Shown in pieces: positions 9,206 through 20,400 of a stretch of DNA of 64,000 bases; positions within the stretch are counted from its first letter, which is position 1, and every line of letters starts with the position of its first letter. The stretch covers positions 74,471 through 138,470 of the forward strand of contig DATCTW010000045.1 of assembly GCA_036567745.1 (NCBI GenBank), read 5' to 3'. Below the pieces are notes generated by a model. The model worked only from the letters and a program-made list of their open reading frames with translations. It did not search any database and was not told the origin of the DNA. A program made the position numbers and the translations under genes. This stretch comes from Ignavibacteria bacterium. Its GTDB lineage: Bacteria > Bacteroidota > Ignavibacteria > DATCTW01.

Positions 9206-9425
9206 TAAAAATATTAAACTTTTATATTAATAATATCATACCATTTTGTAGTATAAAAAATAAGATTTTTTTTATCTCACTTTTAACTTTCTGCTACAAG
9301 TCTGAGAAGCAAGCTTTAAAGTTTCATAAATTTAGATTTTTTTACTGACTAGTTTTAATAATTTTTACAAAAAAAGTAAAATTAATCAGAAATTTAATAT
9401 GTAGGTTTAAGAATGGGATATTTAG

Positions 9426-9499
9426 TGGGCCCTGTAGGACTCGAACCTACGACCCACAGATTATGAGTCTGTTGCTCTAACCAACTGAGCTAAGGGCCC
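9426..9499 (-). tRNA. tRNA-Met (anticodon CAT; elongator Met or Ile2/lysidine type not distinguishable)
   Basis: The reverse complement GGGCCCTTAGCTCAGTTGGTTAGAGCAACAGACTCATAATCTGTGGGTCGTAGGTTCGAGTCCTACAGGGCCCA folds as a cloverleaf with a GGTTCGAGTCC T-arm and a CAT anticodon. Confidence 0.85.
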
Positions 9500-9558
9500 G
9501 ATTCTTATCTTTTAGTTTTGTAATATAAAATATTTTTTTTGGATAATCAATAGAAAAA

Positions 9559-11064
9559 TTATTCTTTTATAATTTCCTTTATTGATTTTATACCTCTTCT
9601 GTTGAAATAAGGTATAAGGTGTCTTGAACTTGGGTTTTTAGAAGGTTTATAACCAAAATATTTTTCCTCCTCTTTCTGGGTCAACCACCCATTAAAGTGT
9701 TTAACTGCTTCCATACCAACTAATTGCCCAATTGAAAAATTAAATTCTTTATCAATTTCGTCAAGTGTTTTTACTTCTCTTTTACCATAGTAAATATCTT
9801 GCCATATTTTTTTTGCAATTTTTTTCATTATTTCTCGTAATTCGGTAATATTATAATCACTTATTGTAGTGAAAGGATGTTCAAGGTCAGGAAAATGTTT
9901 TATGCTAAGAATTTCTGCATTATCTAAATGAGCCAAAACAAATGCTTTTTCAATCATTTTTTCTAATTGTCTAACGTTTCCTTCCCAATCAAAAGTTTCC
10001 ATTTTTTTTAATACTTCATTATCGATATCAAGTATATTTTGATTTAAATAATGGTATTTAAAGAGAAAATATTTTACCAGAATTTTGATATCTTCTTTAC
10101 GTTCGTTGAGTGAGGGTAATTCGATTTTACAACCATCTAATCTATAAAACAGATCTTTTCTGAATTTGCCTTCTTCTACATATTTATAAATATCTACATT
10201 AGTTGCTGCTATTATTCTTACATCGTCAATATTAATTGTAGTATCTGATCCAATTGGTTGAATTTCTTTTTCCTGTAAAATTCTTAGTAGCTTAACTTGA
10301 AGGTATAATGGAAGTTCTCCAATCTCATCAAGAAATAGGACACCGCCTTTAGCTGATTTGAAAGCGCCATCTCTATCTTTTCTGGCATCTGTAAATGCTC
10401 CTTTTACATAACCGAATAATTCTGATTCAATTAATGTAGGAGGTATAGCAGCAATATTTAATCCAATAAACTTATTCCTTTTTCTTATTTGGCTGTACTT
10501 ATGTATTGATCTGGCAACTAATTCTTTTCCAGTACCGGTTTCGCCAAAAATAAAGACAATTGGAGGATTGTTTTCATGATCGACCTTTGCATAAAGTCTG
10601 ATTAATTTTTTAATATTTTTAATTTTTGCTGATTCACCTTTAAGAAAATTAGGATTTTCATCATTATCTTTTGCATATCTTAGAATGTGTTCTGCTTCTT
10701 CATAATCAATATTATCTTTAATAAAATAATCATAAATGTTTTTACCTGATAACCCTGATATTTCTAAAAATGTTTTTGGGGAATCATCAACAGTGAAAAT
10801 AATTACTTTTATATCTTTAAATTCTGAATTTTTTAATTGTAATAAAACATCCTTGCCTTGTAAAGATTGATTTTTAAAATTCAAATCAAGAATAATTATC
10901 TTAATATCTTTTTCTTTTTTTAGAATAGGTAAAACTTGATCGGAATATTTAGTCCAAATAAAATGGAATTCATCAGAGAAATATTTTTTAAATCTCTTTT
11001 CCCAATTGTTTTCAATGTATTCATCATCAGCACAAAGAACTTTTATCTTATTGTTTGAGTTCAT
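9559..11064 (-). CDS. Sigma-54-dependent transcriptional activator (receiver-like N-terminus plus AAA+ sigma-54 interaction domain)
   Basis: Walker A GETGTGKE, GAFTDA (the GAFTGA variant), Walker B VLFLDEIGEL and the arginine finger region are present. The N-terminal ~120 aa is receiver-like. No canonical Fis-type HTH is evident at the C-terminus. Confidence 0.8.
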   Translation of the reverse strand: MNSNNKIKVLCADDEYIENNWEKRFKKYFSDEFHFIWTKYSDQVLPILKKEKDIKIIILDLNFKNQSLQGKDVLLQLKNSEFKDIKVIIFTVDDSPKTFLEISGLSGKNIYDYFIKDNIDYEEAEHILRYAKDNDENPNFLKGESAKIKNIKKLIRLYAKVDHENNPPIVFIFGETGTGKELVARSIHKYSQIRKRNKFIGLNIAAIPPTLIESELFGYVKGAFTDARKDRDGAFKSAKGGVLFLDEIGELPLYLQVKLLRILQEKEIQPIGSDTTINIDDVRIIAATNVDIYKYVEEGKFRKDLFYRLDGCKIELPSLNERKEDIKILVKYFLFKYHYLNQNILDIDNEVLKKMETFDWEGNVRQLEKMIEKAFVLAHLDNAEILSIKHFPDLEHPFTTISDYNITELREIMKKIAKKIWQDIYYGKREVKTLDEIDKEFNFSIGQLVGMEAVKHFNGWLTQKEEEKYFGYKPSKNPSSRHLIPYFNRRGIKSIKEIIKE

Positions 11065-11896
11065 AGTTCAGAATTCCTATAATATTCTCAAGTTTGGTTT
11101 TAATATTATTTACAGTATCGGTTAAAGTATTTTTGTCATTAATTAGTTTATCATCAATTTTCTTATTATTTTTAAAATGTTCTATTAATTCATAAAGATT
11201 ATCAAGAAGTATTTTTAAATCATTTAAGTTTTGTCTTGTTTCAGCATCTATTATGGTTTTATTATTTTCTATAATGGTGTTTAGGGAATTAATTTTATCT
11301 AAAACATTATTTTTAAGAGTTGCTGGATCAAAAAATAGTTCTAATTTATTATTTTTAGGATTGTTGAGGTAATTATTGATACTTGCATTTAAATCAGGTA
11401 TTAATTGAGAAATTTTATTTAAAAGGTCATGTTTAAATGATCTTAATGATTTAATCAATTCAGAAAATTTTTCTTTTTTAAAGTTATCAGTAATTTTTAG
11501 TTTGGTTTTATCTAAAAAAATTTTCTTAATTTTTTCTGTATCAAATGGGTAATGTAGAAAATAATTTTTATCATATTTAAGCCATTTGTTTTTAAGATAG
11601 AATTTAATGTTTTCTTCATTTTCATATGAAAAGAAAACAATCTGATAATTTTCTCCAAATTTATGAAAGTTTGTTTTGATAAATTCTAAACCACCTCTTT
11701 CATACTCGTATTTAAAGGTATCATTTATAAAGCTTGTATTGATGAATAATATTACATCTTCTATGATATCAAATAGTTTATTTTGATTTTCGCTTTCGAT
11801 TAATTCAATTGAGAGTTCAGGAAAATGTTTTAAGATTTGTTGATAAAAAAAATTAGAATTATCTAAAATAATAGTTTTTCTTTGATCCATTAGCAA
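11048..11896 (-). CDS. Hypothetical protein (operon member)
   Basis: 282-aa ORF whose stop overlaps the downstream activator gene start by 17 nt. No recognised motif. Confidence 0.4.
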   Translation of the reverse strand: MLMDQRKTIILDNSNFFYQQILKHFPELSIELIESENQNKLFDIIEDVILFINTSFINDTFKYEYERGGLEFIKTNFHKFGENYQIVFFSYENEENIKFYLKNKWLKYDKNYFLHYPFDTEKIKKIFLDKTKLKITDNFKKEKFSELIKSLRSFKHDLLNKISQLIPDLNASINNYLNNPKNNKLELFFDPATLKNNVLDKINSLNTIIENNKTIIDAETRQNLNDLKILLDNLYELIEHFKNNKKIDDKLINDKNTLTDTVNNIKTKLENIIGILNYELKQ

Positions 11897-11898
11897 TA

Positions 11899-12558
11899 TT
11901 ATATTTTATTGATTAGTTGTTCGTATTTTAACGTAGATTTATTTATAAATTTTAGCATACTATCTATTTCAATTGAATTATCATTCTTAATAAAACTATC
12001 GAATGGTAAGATTTTATTATTACAGTTTAAAAGTTTTATAAATTTGCAGAATTCTTCATAAATATTAATAATTTCTGATAAAGACGAATGCTCATAATTA
12101 AAGATTATTTTTTTTCTATACTCAAATAATTTATCAAGGTTTAAGAACTTTTCACCAGGATATAAGTACTTAAAGTCTATATTTGCGAAATTGTTTTTTA
12201 ATAAAAAGATTAAAAAATCAGTAATTTGATTTTCTAATAAAGAATCATTTATTTCGCAGATATTCGACTCTATTAAATTAAATCCTTTTATACCTCCGCT
12301 ATAAAGAACAAGAGGAACAGAATATTTTTTAGCCTCAATGGTAAAAATTGGTTCAGAATAATCCCCAATGTTATCACTGCTATGAATAAAAGCTAGATTG
12401 TAATCATTTATTGGAAAAAACAAACCTTCATTGTTTTTGCGATTTTGTGATGCATGAATTGTAAGTTCGCTAATTGGGATTTCTTCTCTAATCGATTTTA
12501 CAATTCTTTGTATTCTTTTACCTGACTCTCCGCCATCAATTATTATTATTTTAAACAT
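11899..12558 (-). CDS. Hypothetical protein (operon member)
   Basis: 219-aa ORF with a 2-nt gap to the downstream gene and an 8-nt overlap with the upstream gene. Confidence 0.4.
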   Translation of the reverse strand: MFKIIIIDGGESGKRIQRIVKSIREEIPISELTIHASQNRKNNEGLFFPINDYNLAFIHSSDNIGDYSEPIFTIEAKKYSVPLVLYSGGIKGFNLIESNICEINDSLLENQITDFLIFLLKNNFANIDFKYLYPGEKFLNLDKLFEYRKKIIFNYEHSSLSEIINIYEEFCKFIKLLNCNNKILPFDSFIKNDNSIEIDSMLKFINKSTLKYEQLINKI

Positions 12559-13747
12559 TTAACAGTTCACCTGAAGAAGATTTTGGTTTAGGTAATAAAA
12601 ATGTTAAAGTAATTTTTAAATCTTTTAGATGATTACTATTGGTTGTTATATCATTATAAATATTATAAGAAATACCATTACCCTCATATATCACTGAACA
12701 ATATTTATCAAAAGCTTTTTTAATTGAAGATAAACCTGGAGTTAAATGCATAAAAGCTTCTTGAGGGTTAAAAGAGTTGCCATTAGCCTCTATAGTTAGA
12801 ATAACTTTAGAGTTTATTGATTCAACAGTAGTTTTTACATAATTATTTTGATCGAAGGTTTGAAAATTATGTCTTGCAATATTTTCGTAAATTGTTTTTA
12901 AACCAATTAATATTCTTTCTTTTTCGCAATAAATTCTGGGGATAGTTGTATTAATGTTATTAGTAACTTGAACGTTTTTATTAAATAATGGTTCCTGACA
13001 TGATTTTAAGATATCCTCTGTAAATTCTAATCTAAAATATGATTTAAAGGAAATCATTTCTTCTTGAGATGGGTATTCATATCGAATTTTATTTAGATAA
13101 TTCTCGATTAGTAATTTTGAATGCTCAGTGATATATTGTTTTTCTATAGAATTATTAAAAAAGTTAAAAGTCTGATCAAGATATTTTAACATTTTTTGAT
13201 GATCATAGTTAGAGTGGGTTAGCTTATAAAAACCGATATTTTCATCATTACCATAATTATAGGAATCAAAAAGTTTGAAGAAGAAAACAACAAGATTTAT
13301 TCTGTTTTTTAATACCTCATTAATGCAATTTTCCAAAGTTTCTTTAAAAAGTTCATTCATGTAGGCTTTTTTTAATCGATGATTAATCAAACCTTTCTTA
13401 ATAAATTCTTCTTCAATTTTAAATCTACTTGGGTCTTCTTCTTTTTGAGCAGAGTACCAAATAATTTGTGTTTGAGAATTAATTTCTTTTGCTTTTTTGA
13501 TTATTTCAAAACCAGCATTTTTATCTTCATTAAATTGGTTTTCAGAAAAGTCAATATCACAAACAACGATATCGAAATAATCATGTTTTCTTGAGGATTC
13601 AATTAATTTTGTAATAGCATCCTGAGCGGATTCACTTTCGTGAAAATCAGTATCATAGTTTGATGAAAAATAAAGGTTAAAATAATCTATAAAATCTTCT
13701 CTACAAGAAAGAAGATCTTCAGCAATTAAAATTTTAAGCTTTTCCAT
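12551..13747 (-). CDS. Response-regulator receiver domain fused to a GHKL/HATPase-like domain
   Basis: N-terminus KILIAEDLL...DIVVCDIDF...IIKKAK is receiver-like. The C-terminus VILTIEANGNSFNP...GLSSIKK resembles HATPase_c G1/G2 boxes, with no recognisable HisKA H-box. Confidence 0.55.
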   Translation of the reverse strand: MEKLKILIAEDLLSCREDFIDYFNLYFSSNYDTDFHESESAQDAITKLIESSRKHDYFDIVVCDIDFSENQFNEDKNAGFEIIKKAKEINSQTQIIWYSAQKEEDPSRFKIEEEFIKKGLINHRLKKAYMNELFKETLENCINEVLKNRINLVVFFFKLFDSYNYGNDENIGFYKLTHSNYDHQKMLKYLDQTFNFFNNSIEKQYITEHSKLLIENYLNKIRYEYPSQEEMISFKSYFRLEFTEDILKSCQEPLFNKNVQVTNNINTTIPRIYCEKERILIGLKTIYENIARHNFQTFDQNNYVKTTVESINSKVILTIEANGNSFNPQEAFMHLTPGLSSIKKAFDKYCSVIYEGNGISYNIYNDITTNSNHLKDLKITLTFLLPKPKSSSGELLNV

Positions 13748-16700
13748 TTTATTGGTATAAAAACATTAGTTGTAGTAAAATTGTTAATTCTATCTGGATA
13801 TACTTTCATATTCCAATTTAATCTTTCATTGCATCTTAGGATAACCTTTATTCCAAGGTGCTGGCTTTTTGACATTTTTATAGATTGATCTTCAATATTT
13901 TCATTGACTAATTTTTCCCATTCCTCAGATATTACTTTATTATTCTCTATTTGTAAGAGACAGTAATTATTGTCTATCATCATGGTTTTAATTTTAACAT
14001 AAGGAGAATCTTGATTGGTGTTTACAAAAGAATTTTTTAGTAAATCTTTTATTATAAGAGCGGATATTCTTTTTGAAGTTTCAATTGTAATAGTGTCATC
14101 TAATTCAAAAATAGGTTTTAAGTTTTTCACATTATTTTTATGTGTTAGATTCGAAAAACGAAGAGTATCAATTCCATCTTTAATTAAACGAACTTGTTCG
14201 TGTATGATATCACTTAAATTAATAGTACCAATATTTTTACTGATATCCTTAATATTAGAAAGGAAAAGATCAATAAGGTCTGATACCTCATTTAAGTAGT
14301 TCATTGATCTATCGATGTATTTGAAGATTTGTCTATCTTGCATGAACTTTTCAAATCTTGAAATATCGGGAATATACTTTTCTATATCATTTTTATTTTT
14401 TAGATGAGAATTTATTAATGAGATTGAGTTTTTTGATGCTCCAATATTTGTGTTTAAAGAGTGAGCTAATTGATCTATTAGTGTTTCCCATTCAGCTTTT
14501 TTGGCCAGGTCTTTGTTCTCTTCAATTTTTATTTCCATTGCTTTTTTGGCAAAATGATTAGATTCGAGGAAGAAAAAAGCACTTTGGCCATGATACTTCT
14601 GATATGAAATTATTTTATCTGCATATTCTTTTAGTAAATTAGAAAATCTTGAAAAGAAATTGTATCTATTTGCAGTGTTAATTGATAGTTCAGAATAAAT
14701 AAAAAGAGAAGATAAAAATTTTTTCTCCAATTGAAACGGATTATTGAAGTAAGAATTTATATCAGATAATTTTACTCTTTCTTTTATCTCAACTCCTCTT
14801 TCTTTTAAAAAAAGGAGTATCTCATTGTAAGTATTATCAAAAATCTCATTAGATGTATTTTCTTTTGAGTATACAAGATAAATCGATTTAAACAAATTCA
14901 AGTTTTTTATATTATCATATTGATATTTTAATAGCTCAGCATTTTCAGTAAATATGACACAAATTTTATTAATAATATCTTCAGATATAAAATTATTTTT
15001 GATGATTTCTATCTTATCATTTACTAAAGATTTGATAACGTTTTTTAAGTTCGTATTTTTATATGATATATTATTAATTACAATATCAATTGTCGATAGA
15101 TATTCTAATAATATTTCTTTATGATTTTCAGCTCTGAAATCAGATATTAATAATATTTTTTCAGGTTTATTGTTATATTCCCATAAAAAATCAATATATT
15201 CTTTTTGCCAGATATGAACTAAAGGGAATCGATTTTTGTAAAATTCATTTAGGGTACTATTAAACAAGTTATTTAAATTCTTGCTTTCCAGATTTATTAA
15301 ATCAAAGTAAATATCACAGACTTTTTGTTTTAACCATGAGGTTAATTCATACTCGTCTTTTATTTTTTCAGGGAATGGTAAGTTTTCAAAGAAGGATTTA
15401 ATAAAATGAAAACAATTCTCTTCAAATTTGTCATTCAAATAGCAAGTTTCAACTAATTCGGTAATTTGAAAGAGAAGATTATTTGAATTTAAATAATTAA
15501 GATACTCAACATAATCATAAGGTGTAATCCTGATAGTATTAAGTCTAATTACAATTAAGTGTTTATCAGGTAAAGAGTTGTTAAATATTGAAGGAGCTAT
15601 ACACCAAGCTATTGCTATCTTGTTTTTTTCATCTGCAATTTTAAAAGCAATTAAAATATCATTTTCATGAATAAGATTTTGAGAAAATGAATTTAATGGT
15701 TTTTTTTCAATAACTTTAGCTTTTATAATATCTGGGAAATTACCAAATCGAATTACCTCTTCGGTTATTACTGGTATGTAATCTGATTTTTGAATGAACT
15801 GGTCATAACTATTAATCGAATAACCTTTGTAATCTTTTCCAAGAAAAACTGAATTGATGATATCATTACTAGAGAAATGTTTTTGTTTTGTAATTTCGAG
15901 TTTCTTGTTAAAAAATTCTTTTCGATAAAAAAGAGGGTTTAAAACGCCAGCATTTAAAATTTCTTGTTTTTTTGGTAGATTCAACTCAATTTTGCCAACA
16001 TAAAAATTGTTATGTTGAGGATCAATTCCTATAAAACTGTTTTCGTATTTTCTGGATTCAATAATTTTGTTGAATTCATCAAATTTAGCTAAATCGAAGA
16101 GTAAGTCAATCTCTTCAAGAATATTTTTATCAACAATTAAATTTTTATCAATAGAGTTAAAGTCAATAGGATCAATTAATTTTGTTTGTGAATCTTCTTT
16201 TTTTAGTCCGCCATAATATTTAGAATCAAAATCCTCATTTTTTACCAAGCAATTTATAGTAAGAGAAATTGTGTCGATTTGTAAATTTTTTGAATATTTA
16301 GATTCAAGAAATTTTAATTTTAAATTATTAAAAAAATATGTTTTATGTTCGAAAAATCTTTGAGCTATCAGGCCATTTTTTCTAATAATTTCTCCATTAT
16401 GGTTAGGAGTATGATAATCAATATTAAAAATAACGCCAAAATTATTAATTAATGAATTTAAGATTGTGTTTGAAAGGAAATGGTTTTTTATATTTGTGAT
16501 TAGAATCTTTGTGTTTTCATTTGTTTCAAAATATTTATTAATAAGAGGCAGTTCGTTTTTTAATATTAAAATATCATGTTCATTCAGGTTTAGAGGTTGG
16601 TTAATTTCAATAATATTTAATATTGCTTCCAATTTATGAAGAAGATTGTAAAACAAACCAAGGCATAAACCTTTTACTATAGTAAGATTTTTTGTGTCAA

Positions 16701-17460
16701 ATGTGATTTTTTTTGGATATGAATTAGTAAAGAAAATAAAAGCAAATAACTCCAATTCAAGTGAATTGCAATAAATGGAACTACTTTTATTTATTCTTAG
16801 ACATTCGATGAACTTTGCTTCAACATACTTTGTACTTAATTTTTTCTCAAAAATAAATTGTTCTAATTCTTGATCTACTTTGATATTATTATTTTTATTT
16901 TTCGCCTCTTTCCCAATTTGAATTTCTGAAAAATCGAACTTTTGTAATTCTCTAATTATTACTGATAAATTTTCTTCTGAAATATTGAATAATGAGGGAG
17001 ATAAAATATGATACTTATTATTAAAGTTTGATATACAATTTTTGAATTCTTGAGTGTTTATTACTGTTGTAGTTTGAATTCTAATAAACCGCCTATCATC
17101 GAGTAGTTTTATAAGCAAAATATCAAAAAATATTTCTTCTAATTCGTTTGGGTTAATGATTGTACTCAAGAATTTTTTAAGATGAACTAGACGTTCAACT
17201 ACTCTAATTCTTTTTCTAGCAATTTGAATATCATAATTATATAATTCAAATTTCAGTATATCAATTTCTCGATTTGACACTATCGCATTTCTCCAGAAAG
17301 CTCTAACACTAAAAATAAACAAAATAGTAAAAAAAGTCAAATAAAATAAAATAATAATTTTTAGAATTGTAATGGTTTTGAATTTTATCTTTGCAAAAAG
17401 AAAAAATATTTTATATAATTTAAATAATAAATAGGAATAACTATGAGTAAAAGAGTTCAA
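13726..17460 (-). CDS. Very large (1244 aa) putative sensor histidine kinase with an uncharacterized ~950-aa N-terminal region
   Basis: TM segment near residues 25-55. The C-terminal ~250 aa carry an H-box-like LIDQLAHSLNTNIGASKNS and HATPase-like N/G boxes (LIIKDLLKNSF, IENN, QHLGIKVILR). The rest is unrecognised. Confidence 0.55.
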   Translation of the reverse strand: MNSFTHSYSYLLFKLYKIFFLFAKIKFKTITILKIIILFYLTFFTILFIFSVRAFWRNAIVSNREIDILKFELYNYDIQIARKRIRVVERLVHLKKFLSTIINPNELEEIFFDILLIKLLDDRRFIRIQTTTVINTQEFKNCISNFNNKYHILSPSLFNISEENLSVIIRELQKFDFSEIQIGKEAKNKNNNIKVDQELEQFIFEKKLSTKYVEAKFIECLRINKSSSIYCNSLELELFAFIFFTNSYPKKITFDTKNLTIVKGLCLGLFYNLLHKLEAILNIIEINQPLNLNEHDILILKNELPLINKYFETNENTKILITNIKNHFLSNTILNSLINNFGVIFNIDYHTPNHNGEIIRKNGLIAQRFFEHKTYFFNNLKLKFLESKYSKNLQIDTISLTINCLVKNEDFDSKYYGGLKKEDSQTKLIDPIDFNSIDKNLIVDKNILEEIDLLFDLAKFDEFNKIIESRKYENSFIGIDPQHNNFYVGKIELNLPKKQEILNAGVLNPLFYRKEFFNKKLEITKQKHFSSNDIINSVFLGKDYKGYSINSYDQFIQKSDYIPVITEEVIRFGNFPDIIKAKVIEKKPLNSFSQNLIHENDILIAFKIADEKNKIAIAWCIAPSIFNNSLPDKHLIVIRLNTIRITPYDYVEYLNYLNSNNLLFQITELVETCYLNDKFEENCFHFIKSFFENLPFPEKIKDEYELTSWLKQKVCDIYFDLINLESKNLNNLFNSTLNEFYKNRFPLVHIWQKEYIDFLWEYNNKPEKILLISDFRAENHKEILLEYLSTIDIVINNISYKNTNLKNVIKSLVNDKIEIIKNNFISEDIINKICVIFTENAELLKYQYDNIKNLNLFKSIYLVYSKENTSNEIFDNTYNEILLFLKERGVEIKERVKLSDINSYFNNPFQLEKKFLSSLFIYSELSINTANRYNFFSRFSNLLKEYADKIISYQKYHGQSAFFFLESNHFAKKAMEIKIEENKDLAKKAEWETLIDQLAHSLNTNIGASKNSISLINSHLKNKNDIEKYIPDISRFEKFMQDRQIFKYIDRSMNYLNEVSDLIDLFLSNIKDISKNIGTINLSDIIHEQVRLIKDGIDTLRFSNLTHKNNVKNLKPIFELDDTITIETSKRISALIIKDLLKNSFVNTNQDSPYVKIKTMMIDNNYCLLQIENNKVISEEWEKLVNENIEDQSIKMSKSQHLGIKVILRCNERLNWNMKVYPDRINNFTTTNVFIPIKWKSLKF

Positions 17461-20400
17461 AAGAATATGAAATTTAACAAAAGCGGAATAAATGCTGATA
17501 TTGAAATTATTCCGATGCCTTCAATTATTATCGATCTTAAACTAAGTATTATTAAAAGAAATAAAGATTGGGAAAGGTCTATAGGGAGGTTCTTTAGTGG
17601 CTCTAAACTCAAATTAACTATACAAAATGAAAGTGAATTATTAAATGTTTTTTCGAAAATTAAAGATAAAGATACTACTTTAAAATCTGCTTTAGAGATT
17701 TTGCAAAGCGATGAAAAAAAATTGTTATTTAATGCATTGATAAAATACATTAGAACAATTGGTAAACAAAAATATTATTTAATATGTATTGAGACTAATT
17801 ATCGAGAAAGCAAATCAGTTATTTGTGATTTCAATGAAGAGTTTAAGAGATTTTATAATAATATTCCTGGTGCAGTATATAAATATATAGTTCAGAAGAA
17901 AGGAACATCTTACTTTGAATATGTAAGTGAAGGAATAGAGAAAGTTTTTGGAATAGAAGCAAAAGAATTAATGAAAGATTCTTCTTTAATCTTTAATCGT
18001 GTTCATCCTGATGATAGGGAAAGAATTACAAAATCTTTTGTAAAGTGTATGGAAGAACTAAGTGTCTGGAAAGATGAATATAGAGTAATGATATCTGAAA
18101 ATAACACAATCTGGGTTGAAGGTCATTCTACTCCTATAAAAGCTAATGATGGGAGTATTATTTGGTATGGTTATGTTAGGGATATCACAGCAGAAAAAGA
18201 AACCTTATTACAATTAAGGAAATTGAATACTGCAGTTGAGCAAAGTTCAGCCACTGTAGTAATAACAGATCTTAAAGGTAATATTGAATATGTTAATAAA
18301 AAATTTGAAGAGACTACAGGTTACACTATAGAAGAAGTTAAAGGGCAACATACAAGAATTTTAAAATCCGGAGAAAAAAATCCCGAAGAATATAAAGAAT
18401 TATGGGAAACGATTTCAAGTGGAAAGTCATGGAAAGGGGAATTTCATAATAAAAGAAAAAACGGAGAATTTTATTGGGAAAAAGCTATTATATCTCCAAT
18501 TTTTAATGAAAAAAACGAAATCATTAACTTTTTAGCAATAAAAGATGATATAACACATCAAAAAGAAATTGAATTAGCATTACAAAAAAGTGAACAAAGG
18601 TATCGAAGAATATTTGAATCAATAAATGATATATTTTATCAAACAGATGAAAATAAAACTATTATAACTGTATCACCTTCTATTCAAAAAGTGCTAGGTT
18701 GGAATCCAGAGGAAATAATAGGTAAGAAGGTAGATGAATTTTATAAAAACAAAGAACAACAAGAAAAGCTGTTCAATGAATTGTATTCTACTGGGGCTGT
18801 AAATGATTTTGAAGTTATATTAAAAGATAAAAGTAATAATACTAAAATTTTATCTTTATCTGCTAAGGTGTTATATAATGATAAAAACAAATATATTGGT
18901 ACTGTAGGAATTGTTCGTGATATTACTCAAAGAAAAGAAATTGAGGCTATGATTGCAAATCAAAATGCTTTTTTGAATAGTTTGTTAGATTCTATACCAG
19001 ATATTGTTTTTTATAAAGATTTTAATAGTGTATATCTTGGTGGAAACAAAGCTTTTTTTGATTTTGTAGGAAAACCCAAAGAAGAAATTATTGGCAAAAC
19101 AGATTTAGATATCTTTGAAATTGAGAAAGCTAAATCATTTATAGAAAGTGATAAAAAAATTATTTCTGAAAATTCTAAAATGACAATAAGCTTGTGGGTT
19201 GTAGATAGGAATGGAAATAAAGTATATTTGGAAACAATAAAAACGGCATATTATGATTCCAAAGGTAGAGCCCTTGGTATAATAGGTATTAGTAGAGATA
19301 GAACAGAAAGCAAAAAGTTTATTGAAGCGCTCGAGGAAAGTGAACAGTATCAAAAATCTTTACTAGAGCACCTATCTTCTGGTGTAATTATTATTGACCC
19401 GATAACAAAAGAAATTGAAAACTTAAATCCTGCTGCAGAAAAAATGATTGGAAGCTCCAGAGATGAGATACTTGGTAGAAAATGTTCTATGTTTATGTGT
19501 TCAAAAGATGAGATATGCCCTGTTGATAATTATGATAAAAATGTTGCACAATTTGAAACTACGATTCAAAGAAGTGATGGGAGATTGCTCCCAATTTATA
19601 AATCAGTTAGCCCCATAATAATTAAAGGTAAAAAAAAGTATATCGATAATTTTATTGATATTTCTGAAATAAAAAAGTTGCAAGAAGAACTAAGGCTAAA
19701 TGAAGAAAAATATAGATTGCTTGCTGAAAACGTTTCTGATATAATTTGGGTTTATGATTATGAAGATAAAAAGTATTTGTACGTAAGTCCTTCAGTATAT
19801 AAAATTAAAGGATTTTCACCTGAAGAATTTATGAATTTAAAACTCGAAGATAATATTAGCAAAGAGTGTTTTGAGCATGTGAGTAGAAAGAATCAAGAGA
19901 GATATGAGAGATTTATTTTGGATAAGAATCAAATTTCATACATTGATGAATTAGTACATATTAGAAAAGATGGATCAACTTTTGAAGCTGAAACAACCAG
20001 TTCGTTTTATTTGGATCCAGAAACTAAACATGTAAACTTAATAGGAGTAACAAGAGATATTTCTAGTAGAAAAGAAGCAGAAAGGAAATTGTTTAAAACG
20101 AATCAGGAGCTAAAAGAATTAAATGCTATGAAGGATAAACTTTTTTCAATTATTGCACATGATTTACGAAATCCTTTTAGTATAATTATTGGCTTCATAG
20201 ATCTACTAAAGTATAATTTTGACAAATATTCTCCTGAAAAAAGAGAAGAAATTATTGATACCTTAAAGAATACAACACAAAGAGTATATACACTTTTAGA
20301 AAACCTTTTAGCCTGGTCAAAATCTCAAAGTAATAATTTAGTTCTAAATCCAGCATTATATTTGGCTGAGGATATAATTACTCAATTGCTTAATGAAGTA

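Noticed and set aside
12551-13747. Calling the 398-aa protein a canonical hybrid histidine kinase
   Set aside because: Only receiver-like and GHKL-like segments are visible. There is no H-box or DHp, so I left it as a receiver-GHKL fusion of unknown mechanism.
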